A stretch of DNA of 64,000 nucleotides from Terriglobia bacterium (GTDB lineage: Bacteria > Acidobacteriota > Terriglobia > Bryobacterales > Bryobacteraceae). The DNA is taken from assembly GCA_963819125.1 (NCBI GenBank), contig CAWFUQ010000009.1, positions 13,813 to 77,812 on the forward strand. The letters run 5' to 3'. Below are positions 50,123 through 58,128 of this stretch, in pieces (position 1 is the stretch's first letter; every line of letters starts with the position of its first letter). Made by a program: the position numbers and the translations under genes. Below the pieces are notes generated by a model. The model was not told where the DNA came from and searched no databases. It was given only the letters and a program-made list of their open reading frames with translations.

Positions 50123-50647
50123 CTACTTCTCCAGCCATTCGAAGAAATCGGGCACGATGGCGCGATACTGCGGCTGAAGCGGCTCCGGAAGAAGTTCCGT
50201 CAACATCGACGCAAGGCTCCGGCGCTCGATCGCATCCCCTGGTTCGCCTGCGAAAAAGCGCGGCGTCAGAGTCTCCAGTTTCTCTTCCATAGTCTTCAAC
50301 GATTGACGCAGCTCGTCTCTGGTGATCGCGACGCGCGGCAACGTGACCGCCTCGAATTTCGCGCCCGATGGAAAGGTAATCGACTTCGTCAATGCGTAGA
50401 CCATCAGCCGCCCGCCGTAGGCTGCCACTACCCACCAGCGGTCTGGGGCGCTTTGCTGCATGGGCTCCTGCGGCCGCCGCAGCGCCGCGGCTGCGAAGTA
50501 GGCGTAGGAAGGCTCGCCCCATTTCATCGTCGGTAGCGGCAGTGAGATGGCATGCTCGGTGGGAATTTCCGAGCGGATCAGGAAGTGGGTCTTCTGAAGC
50601 TCGCGCAGTTCCGCGTAACTCATGAGATGTTTTTGGATGGTTGTCAT
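50123..50647 (-). CDS. small hypothetical protein (174 aa)
   Basis: I prefer the start at MTTIQKHL because GGAGAG lies 6 nt upstream. The ORF track opens at 50752, which overlaps the peptidase gene. There is a 6-nt gap to the next gene and no known domain. Confidence 0.5.
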   Translation of the reverse strand: MTTIQKHLMSYAELRELQKTHFLIRSEIPTEHAISLPLPTMKWGEPSYAYFAAAALRRPQEPMQQSAPDRWWVVAAYGGRLMVYALTKSITFPSGAKFEAVTLPRVAITRDELRQSLKTMEEKLETLTPRFFAGEPGDAIERRSLASMLTELLPEPLQPQYRAIVPDFFEWLEK

Positions 50648-50679
50648 ATCTGCTCTCTCCGCTTGGTCCATATGGTTTG

Positions 50680-51390
50680 TTAATTCGGCAAAGCCTTGGA
50701 AAAGGGGCGGCTTTCCGCGGTCACAACCTGCGATCCGCCGACTTCTTCCCAACCCTCACGCATCATGGCAGCGTCCACGAATTTTGCGGCTTCGCCTGTT
50801 CCGCTGTCATTCACGAAAAAGCCCTGAATATCGCCGGTCGCGGGATCGCGGGCTACTCCTGTCACCGTGATTGCATGATTCGATACGTTGCCGCTGTCGG
50901 CGTTCGCGTCATTCCAAAGCACGCCGGCATTGACCCCGATGATCACTCCCCGGCCCTGCTCGATGTTGCCGGCCAGATCCTCCAGCGTTCCGCCATGAGA
51001 CGCGCTGGAGGGGACACCGAGACGCGTGAGGATGTCGGCACGCCCTTCCGCCGTGGTGCCTCCGTTCTTGGCCGGGTCCGGATCGTCGCATGAGCACAGA
51101 CCGCGCGTACCTGCGAAAAATACCAGGTCCGATTCCGTTACTTCCAGTCCGAACGACCGCAGAACATTTTCGCATGAGCACAGTCCACAGGTTCCCTGAA
51201 ATCCGCTGAAACTGTCGCCTTGCCGGTGCGTAAATCGTTTGTCCCCTTCCGGGTCGCCGATCACCACGGTCTCACGGCCGTCCGGAAGCACGTCCACGTG
51301 GGACGGCACCTCACCAGTGCCGAAATCGCTGAAATTGGGCACATCAGCAGGTACGTCCCGGATGAAATCGTCTTTGAATCTGTCTTCCAT
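50680..51390 (-). CDS. papain-fold cysteine peptidase-like protein
   Basis: A Cys motif (GFQGTCGLCSCENVLRSFG), a His motif (NHAITVTGVARD) and a downstream D/N (GFFVNDSG) suggest a C-H-D/N triad. No signal peptide. I cannot assign the family by eye. Confidence 0.65.
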   Translation of the reverse strand: MEDRFKDDFIRDVPADVPNFSDFGTGEVPSHVDVLPDGRETVVIGDPEGDKRFTHRQGDSFSGFQGTCGLCSCENVLRSFGLEVTESDLVFFAGTRGLCSCDDPDPAKNGGTTAEGRADILTRLGVPSSASHGGTLEDLAGNIEQGRGVIIGVNAGVLWNDANADSGNVSNHAITVTGVARDPATGDIQGFFVNDSGTGEAAKFVDAAMMREGWEEVGGSQVVTAESRPFSKALPN

Positions 51391-51452
51391 CGCGTCCTCT
51401 CTTTACGTCTCCTACCGCCTTCAATCCTTCAGACCCCCGATCAGGGCCGCCC

Positions 51453-52328
51453 TTACAGCTTGTTGGAACATTTCTCCGTCAATGCTCCTAAGAGATAGGC
51501 ACTTGTCCAGATCGCCGCTGACATCAGGGGGAAGAAGAGGATGACGCCGATTCCGCTCAACGCGGCGATCGCGGTTATCGAAATGACGGCGGCCATCATG
51601 CACCACAGCAACACCAGAAACTTTGCGAATCCAAAGAAATGACGGAAAAGCAGGGCGACACACGCCGGAAGGTTAAAGAAGCTGCCGGCCTTTCCCGTTT
51701 GCGAGAACCGGACGACGGCAGCGCTGAATACCGGCAACGCCAGCGAAATGTACCCGAGAACAATTACCGGTCGCCACCACGATAGTACGAGCTGCGCGTA
51801 CAGCATTTCCCATAAGGGAGGACTCGCCTGGCCCTGCAGATGGTGCCACAGCCATAGTGAGATTTGGAGAGCGAGGGTCCACAGTCCGAACGAAGCAACC
51901 CACCAGTACAGCATCACAGGCAGCATTATATAGAGCCAGAAGAACGCGACGACGATCGCGCCATCCGTCAGAAAGCGGCCAAGATCGTTTGGCTGCGGCA
52001 AAGATTCCGGCATGCGACGGCTCTTTCTCCGGACCGCGTCGATCGCCCATCCGGCGCTGAGAAACATTCCCAGTGGAATCGGCAAAGGAAGCCACCACAG
52101 GAACGTCATCCACAGACTCCGGATCCATTCGCGTCGATAGAACGGCCAACTGACGGAATTTCCAGCGTACGGCGTCCGCCAGATCATGCTGAGCGGCACC
52201 CAGTCCTGAAGCGCGTCGGTTTTCGCCAGGTCGGATAAGCCCACCCTGCCCTCGAACAGGAACGCCCTTATTTGCGTGTCCGAGTACGGGCCGTACGATT
52301 GGCCTGTCCTATGGATGAAGTAATTCAC
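51453..52328 (-). CDS. GYF_2 (DUF4339)-like domain fused to a polytopic membrane domain
   Basis: A GTG start gives VNYFIHRTGQSYGPYSDTQIRAFLFEGRVGLSDLAKTDALQDWVPLSMIW, followed by about 6 TM helices. The ORF track opens further upstream at 52544. Confidence 0.65.
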   Translation of the reverse strand: MNYFIHRTGQSYGPYSDTQIRAFLFEGRVGLSDLAKTDALQDWVPLSMIWRTPYAGNSVSWPFYRREWIRSLWMTFLWWLPLPIPLGMFLSAGWAIDAVRRKSRRMPESLPQPNDLGRFLTDGAIVVAFFWLYIMLPVMLYWWVASFGLWTLALQISLWLWHHLQGQASPPLWEMLYAQLVLSWWRPVIVLGYISLALPVFSAAVVRFSQTGKAGSFFNLPACVALLFRHFFGFAKFLVLLWCMMAAVISITAIAALSGIGVILFFPLMSAAIWTSAYLLGALTEKCSNKL

Positions 52329-52542
52329 CGTTTCGACCCTTCCCGATCGTCGATGAGAATGACCCTGGCAAGTCCGCAAGCTTACAACATTCTGCGAATT
52401 TGCCGCGAACTTTCTTCGCCGCTGCAACCTGCTCGGGCAGAACCTGTGCATGCCCTCGTCCCGAGGCGATTTGGAAGGTCGATGTATAATCACCGCTGAC
52501 CTGGACACCCCAAAAGGAAATCGTGGCTCGGATGTCGAACAC

Positions 52543-53031
52543 ATGTCTGTGACGTGCCCAAAGTGCGGATTGATGAGTCCGCAAGGGGCGGAGGAATGCG
52601 ACTGCGGCTACAACTTCGCGACCGGCAGCTTCACGCCAAAGCCCAAGCCTAGCCCTGCCCCGGGAACGAGCGTCTCAACATATCTCACGTTCTCGGCGGG
52701 AGCTGTATGCTGCTGGGGCTGGATGATTTTCACACTTGCAGAGCGAGGATTACACCCTTCCACTCTTGCTGCAGCTTCATATTTCGTGGTGTTAGTCCTA
52801 CTGACTTGTGGTTTCGCGTTTTCGTTTCTGAGGCTTGCCAAACGCTCCCAGTGGAGCCAGATGATTATGCTGATCCAAATCGTCACGCTGATGGCGGTGG
52901 CTGGATCGTTTGCGTGGCAACTCGGCTTTTCTGACGAAGGCGTTTTCATTGCCTTCATGGGTGGTGGGATTGTGCTCATCGCCGGGCTCTTTTGGCTCGC
53001 TGCCCGCGTGAACAAGAAGCGAGGCTACTGA
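52543..53031 (+). CDS. N-terminal zinc-ribbon membrane protein
   Basis: MSVTCPKCGLMSPQGAEECDCGYNF is followed by four TM helices. An alternative start at 52450 is possible. Confidence 0.6.
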   Translation: MSVTCPKCGLMSPQGAEECDCGYNFATGSFTPKPKPSPAPGTSVSTYLTFSAGAVCCWGWMIFTLAERGLHPSTLAAASYFVVLVLLTCGFAFSFLRLAKRSQWSQMIMLIQIVTLMAVAGSFAWQLGFSDEGVFIAFMGGGIVLIAGLFWLAARVNKKRGY

Positions 53032-53096
53032 GCCCTTGGCGCCGGCCCTCTTGCTCTCTCGACAGAATCGAAGATCGTTCAAGCTCTGCGTGGCCA

Positions 53097-53462
53097 TCAC
53101 TGGATGGTCGGTGGGTCGACCCACTCTCGTTCCACGAAATAATACAACTGCTGTAAGAGATCCATCAGCTTTTCGAGACACTCGCAGACATCTGCTCGGT
53201 CGCTAAGCGGTGGATAGGCGGCGGCAAACACGCAACAAAGACAACTCAAATGGCCTTGCGCGAGACGCACGCTCTTCTCCCGCGCCGGCGAGAAAGGCGC
53301 TTCCGCGAAACGCGCCGCGAGGCGATCGATGTCGTGTTGCTGGAATCCGATGATCGCCCGATCCATGTGGGGAACGAAAGCAAAAAGTTCTTGGATCGTA
53401 GCGTATTCGTCCTCCGATACGCGGAGGAGAAGAACCGGTCCATCACTCACCTGGCCATGCAT
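53097..53462 (-). CDS. hypothetical protein
   Basis: 121-aa ORF with no domain recognised. Confidence 0.4.
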   Translation of the reverse strand: MHGQVSDGPVLLLRVSEDEYATIQELFAFVPHMDRAIIGFQQHDIDRLAARFAEAPFSPAREKSVRLAQGHLSCLCCVFAAAYPPLSDRADVCECLEKLMDLLQQLYYFVEREWVDPPTIQ

Positions 53463-53737
53463 ATTTCAGTCGTGGACCACCTTCATGTAGGTCATCTAAT
53501 TTCGCCCATCACGTCGAACTGTCGGCATCGGTTTTCCTGTGTGCGCCCATCTGCAGCGGCGGACCCACCAAGTCGAGCGGTATTGTACTCTATCCGTTGT
53601 GCGGCAGGACTGGGCCGCGGTTCATGGGCAACGAGCTTGACGCCACGCACCACCGCACGGAGGGCGTGCATGCGGGAACTGTGATTCGGATCGGTTCCTG
53701 ATGCGAGGAGTTTATAAGCGCACTGGAGACATCCGCT

Positions 53738-54418
53738 ATGGGCGAAGTTAGCCGGATCAACCTCAAGCTTGACCGAAAGTCATTTCAGGTTGTATTGGGA
53801 ACCTTTTCTTTCATGTGCGAAAACGATTCCAATCCTCCAGTGATCGACTTTGCGGCGATGTTCATCAGCCCGCAGGAGATCGCAGACACGGTGAGCAAGC
53901 TCGAGAGCAGCGATACCGGTGGCGATGAAGTCACGATCTCCATGAACTTTAACGACTGGACGGTTTACAGCACCTTGCTGCTGCATACTAGCGCCAAAAT
54001 ACCTCAAGCCGACCCTGACGCATGCGAAATCCTGGATACACTGTCTCACGAATGTGCTCGTCTGGACGATGCCGGAGAAGCGCCGGACCGTTCGGAGCAA
54101 GTCCGCTCGTGGCAATTGCTTTCAAGTTTAGAGAAAGATTCCGTTGCCGTCCAGATCGATGCCCAGGATTCGTTCAATAATTACGGTGCAAACGCGGGTA
54201 CCATCATGGAAGTTGGCCTTTCCTTTTATCCCGGGGCACAGCTGCTGCGAGTGACAAGTCAAAGCCCGGCCGTCGGGAGCAGGTACTTCGTTCAACATGA
54301 CAATGAGTTGATCCCGTTACACAGACTCGGGGATATTCAGACTTTCTGCGACGACCGTTTCGGAGTCAGCCTGGTACGGCGCTCGATTATTTCCGGTTTG
54401 CCCATTTTTTTCCGATGA
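53738..54418 (+). CDS. hypothetical protein (AT-richer)
   Basis: 226-aa ORF with no domain recognised. The 3' end abuts or overlaps the recombinase relic. Confidence 0.45.
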   Translation: MGEVSRINLKLDRKSFQVVLGTFSFMCENDSNPPVIDFAAMFISPQEIADTVSKLESSDTGGDEVTISMNFNDWTVYSTLLLHTSAKIPQADPDACEILDTLSHECARLDDAGEAPDRSEQVRSWQLLSSLEKDSVAVQIDAQDSFNNYGANAGTIMEVGLSFYPGAQLLRVTSQSPAVGSRYFVQHDNELIPLHRLGDIQTFCDDRFGVSLVRRSIISGLPIFFR

Positions 54419-54880
54419 AGGGCAAAGAACGTCTTGGTCGAATGTCCACAGGATTTGCGGATCGATCCTGCGGTGTACCATGCGGGAAAAAGAAGAGCGA
54501 CCGCCTTCACAAGGCCGCCGGAAACTAACATTGACCAGGCCGGTTTGACGGTGACCGTCTGCACATTCGCCAAACGTGAATCCCGGCTCTACCGTGACCT
54601 AAAACGGTCAGTTTCAGTCGCGCGAACAATACGCGAACATTCGTCATCCGATGTTCGCCGTGTCGCAAACAGAAGATTCCATGAGCCTCCAGATTTCCCG
54701 GGCGGTTCCGCTGGTTCTGGCGATGTGTTGCTTCGCCAGCTTCGCGTATCCGAAAAGACGGCATGTGTCTCCCAATCGAACCTTTCGCGGTTTTCCCCGC
54801 GAACTCCGTTTATGGGACACGTCCTTTCCCGGGGCAACTGTTCCTCGTTGTCTTTTGGAAGCGCCGATATCGGCATTTAT
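54390..54880 (-). pseudogene. tyrosine-recombinase C-terminal relic, multiply frameshifted
   Basis: Minus-strand pieces are LLFATRRTSDDECSRI (like LL.TGLRISEL), RAGIHVWRMCRRS (like ..PHVLRHTFAT) and AGSIRKSCGHSTKTFFALH (like G.DIR.IQ.LLGHSS.KTT.IYTH). They lie in different frames. Confidence 0.35.
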
Positions 54881-55136
54881 CGTGCCTGCCAGTCATCAGT
54901 CGTTTCAGCGACCGGCGCGGAGTAAACCGAAGCTGTCGAAGGCAATCTCTGCAGAAGCCGAGCGATTTCGGGCGAAACTTCTCATGGACACATAGCGCCA
55001 GTTCTCGGAAGCTGGAGAAATGCCCCCGGGTCCCGTCACTCTTCGCTCGGCAGACGGAACACCGCTGAAGAACCTGCCCTTTCCCACCCCTTGACCTCCG
55101 AACCAGCGGGCAGTAACATCCTTAGCGTGCATCCTC

Positions 55137-56153
55137 TTGCGCAAAAGGAGCCGGAAAATGAGCTTGCGACTTTTGGGTCTGGTTGTTTGCGTTACAGCAT
55201 TCGGTGCTCTGGCCGAAGCGCAGCAGTATAAAGCACCTCTAGCTTCCGATGGGCATCCGGATTTGCAGGGGTTCTGGGCCAACAACAATGCCACGCCGCT
55301 CCAACGCCCGAAAGAGCTCGCCGATCATCCGGTGCTGACCGATGCGGAAGTAACGGCAATGCGGCAAAAAGGTGAGGAGATGTTCACTGGAAAGGCGGAC
55401 GCCGCGTTCGGTGATCAACTTTTCCTCACAGTTTGGGCGAACCTGAAGGGCCTGAAGGTTGGCTTCAAGAGCACAGACGGCGAGACGGGGGACTATAGCT
55501 CGGAGTGGAATGATCACAGAGTCTGGGATAACCGGACTTCGCTGATTACCAACCCGGCCGATGGGCGCGTCCCCCCGGTGACCGCAAGGGCGCGGCAGGT
55601 TCAGGAAGAGCAGAGGATCGCCCGGACGCGTCCCGCTCAGGGGCCCGAGGATCGGTCTTTAGGAGAACGGTGTATCACTCGTGGCTCACCAGCGGTCGGG
55701 GCGGGATACCAGAGCTATTTCCAGATCGTGCAGACGCCTGGGGCGGTGATGATGATGACAGAAATGTTCCACGATGCGCGCGTCATCAAGATGGACAATC
55801 GGCCGCATCCGCCGGCGGCCATCCAAGAGTGGATGGGCGACTCACGCGGGCACTGGGAAGGCAACACCTTGGTCGTCGACACTACGAACTACAAGCCGCT
55901 CGCCTTTCAGGGCATCTCGAGCGCGAAGCTGCACATCACAGAGCGGATCTCGCGTCAGGATGCCGAGACGATTCGGTGGGAAATTACCGTGGACGATCCG
56001 GACACCTGGACAAAGCCGTGGAGCCTGATGATTCCGCTGCAGCGGTCGGCACAGCCGGTTTATGAGTATGCTTGCCATGAGGGCAATATCGGCCTAATGG
56101 GCATACTAGCCGGTGCGCGGGCCGATGAGGCCAAAGCGTTATCGCAGAAGTAG
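55137..56153 (+). CDS. secreted hypothetical protein
   Basis: Signal peptide (MSLRLLGLVVCVTAFGALAEAQ; start at 55137 or 55158). 338 aa with no domain recognised. Confidence 0.6.
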   Translation: MRKRSRKMSLRLLGLVVCVTAFGALAEAQQYKAPLASDGHPDLQGFWANNNATPLQRPKELADHPVLTDAEVTAMRQKGEEMFTGKADAAFGDQLFLTVWANLKGLKVGFKSTDGETGDYSSEWNDHRVWDNRTSLITNPADGRVPPVTARARQVQEEQRIARTRPAQGPEDRSLGERCITRGSPAVGAGYQSYFQIVQTPGAVMMMTEMFHDARVIKMDNRPHPPAAIQEWMGDSRGHWEGNTLVVDTTNYKPLAFQGISSAKLHITERISRQDAETIRWEITVDDPDTWTKPWSLMIPLQRSAQPVYEYACHEGNIGLMGILAGARADEAKALSQK

Positions 56154-56213
56154 TCGACAAGAGGACTTCTGGATTACGCAAACTGCGCGCGGCCGCTCAC
56201 AGCCGGGATATAA

Positions 56214-57374
56214 ATGTTTAACATGATCACGACACAGGTGCGACTCTCTCGTTCCGCGTACGCCCTCACCGGCGTGGCTGCACTGGCTCTTGCGGCGATC
56301 GCTTTCGCGCAGAATCCGCCGGGCGGTCACACCGCGCCACCGGAACAAGCGAACGCGAAGCCCATCAACAATCTTCCCAACCCCTATGAAACCGTGCGGG
56401 ACTGGGGCGTTCTGCCGAACGGCCGCAAGTGGGGCTCGGTTAGCGCGATCAATGTAGACGTCGACGGCAAGAGCATCTGGGCGGCGGATCGTTGTGGCGC
56501 GAATTCCTGCGCCGGTTCCGACGTAGACCCGATCGTGAAGCTCGACCACGACGGCAAAGTGGTGCAGAGCTTCGGCAAAGGACTGCTGCTCTGGCCCCAT
56601 GGAATGTTCGTCGACAAGCAGGGCAACGTGTGGGTCGCCGACGGCCGTTCGGCAACGCCCGCGGAACTCCAGCAGTTTCCCAATGCCGGTGGCAAGGGCC
56701 ATAGCGTCATCAAGTTCAGTCCGCAGGGTAAAGTGCTGATGACCATCGGCAAGCCGGGTGTCGCGGGCAACCCGCCGGACAAGCTCAATGAGCCGAACGA
56801 CGTTCTCATCGCTCCGGACGGAAGCATCTTCATCGCCGAAGGGCACGGTGTTCAGTTCCTCGATCAAGGCGGGCTCGACACCGTGGCGCGCATCTCGAAG
56901 TACACGGCCGGCGGAAAGTTCATCAAGAGCTGGGGCGGCTTCGGTTATGGACCCGGCGAATTTCGCGGTGCGCACTCGCTCGCCATGGATTCGCGCGGAC
57001 GCCTTTTTGTGGCTGACCGCGGCAACCGCCGCATCCAGATCTTCGACCAGGAAGGCAAGCATCTGGAGACCTGGTATCAGTTCAGCCGCGTCAGCGGGCT
57101 CTACATCGACGCGAAGGACGTTTTGTACGCCATCGATTCGGAGTCCGACGACAACTACAATCCCGGCTGGCGAAAGGGCCTGCGCGTAGGCAGCGCAAAG
57201 ACCGGCGAGGTGTGGTTCTTCGTTCCCGAGCACGTGTCGAAGCGCGCCTCGGGGATGGGCGGGTACGGCGCCATGGGTGAAGGCGTCACCGCCGACGCGC
57301 AAGGGAACGTGTTCGGAGGCGAGGTCGGGCCGGTTCAAGGCGTGACGAAGTTCATATTGCGGCTGAAGCGCTAG
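56214..57374 (+). CDS. secreted NHL-repeat six-bladed beta-propeller protein
   Basis: NHL-like blades are present (GNVWVADG, DGSIFIAEGHG, RGRLFVADRGNRRIQIFDQEGKHLETW, VLYAIDSESD), with a signal peptide. Confidence 0.8.
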   Translation: MFNMITTQVRLSRSAYALTGVAALALAAIAFAQNPPGGHTAPPEQANAKPINNLPNPYETVRDWGVLPNGRKWGSVSAINVDVDGKSIWAADRCGANSCAGSDVDPIVKLDHDGKVVQSFGKGLLLWPHGMFVDKQGNVWVADGRSATPAELQQFPNAGGKGHSVIKFSPQGKVLMTIGKPGVAGNPPDKLNEPNDVLIAPDGSIFIAEGHGVQFLDQGGLDTVARISKYTAGGKFIKSWGGFGYGPGEFRGAHSLAMDSRGRLFVADRGNRRIQIFDQEGKHLETWYQFSRVSGLYIDAKDVLYAIDSESDDNYNPGWRKGLRVGSAKTGEVWFFVPEHVSKRASGMGGYGAMGEGVTADAQGNVFGGEVGPVQGVTKFILRLKR

Positions 57375-57419
57375 CGCATTTCGGTGAGCGAAATTCAGTC
57401 ACCATCAGCACTCCTATCG

Positions 57420-57740
57420 TGTAAGCTGGGCGGAATGATTTTCGGAGACTTCAAGGTGATCATTGGGCTGCCTGTCGTGTTTGCGCTTGTCGTGTTGCGC
57501 GGCGCTTAGCCCGCTCATCAGATGAGGGTTCTGATAAAGCCCGACGCGATGAGCGAATCCGTTGGTAAAGGGGATTTGATTATCGATATAACCATCTCCG
57601 ATACCCGCGCTGTGCAAGAAACAACATTTTGCGCGTCGCAAGCATCTGGGCTCAAAGGCCATCCAGGTGAGAGAGTGAAGACTGGTCCGGAGCCCCGGTC
57701 TTTGTAGTAGATTGTGGTTAGCCTCTTCCGAAACAGGCAA
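57420..57740 (-). pseudogene. possible alpha/beta-hydrolase N-terminal relic
   Basis: The minus-strand TTIYYKDRGSGPVFTLSPGWPLSPDACDAQ resembles the IYYKDWGSGQP.VFSHGWPLSAD.WD.Q start of chloroperoxidase-type hydrolases. Similarity is then lost. Confidence 0.3.
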
Positions 57741-58128
57741 GTCTCGGAAGACTGAATTCGCTGTATTTGGTCGGAAGCTCCCGATGAGCCTGCGTGCCCG
57801 ATAGTGAACATCGTCGGTACCTGGCCGCTTCGGTTAGATTGCCGCCGGATCGCGTGTTCGTTGATTTGTTCGCTGCTCATTTTGAATTCGTTCTTTTCTG
57901 CGCTTGTTGCGCATGACGATTCATCGCTCTGAACCCGAAAACTTGCAGGTGAAATTGTGACGCCCTACGGCCCCTTTAGTTGTGACGATTGTCGGCGGCC
58001 CGATCTTTTTGTTAAGGCCGACAAAACGGGCCGCGCAGACAACCGCGCAAGTGGTGCGCGCGAGCCTCGCGGTCAACAGTGTACCGCATTCACTGAAAAT
58101 GGCCTATTTTCACGAATAGTATGATGGT

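Noticed and set aside
52471-52490. TTGGAA ... TATAAT considered as a sigma-70 promoter for the zinc-ribbon gene.
   Set aside because: The spacer is only 8 nt instead of about 17. The element would also lie inside the CDS if the alternative start at 52450 is used.
32544-55136. Direct att-like repeats at the two island borders.
   Set aside because: Comparing 32544..32890 with 54881..55136 by eye revealed no shared stretch of 15 nt or more. This needs a computational repeat search.
56139-57338. 399-aa minus-strand ORF.
   Set aside because: It is fully antisense to the well-supported NHL-propeller gene. The translation is Arg/Ala/Gly-rich junk typical of shadow ORFs in high-GC DNA.
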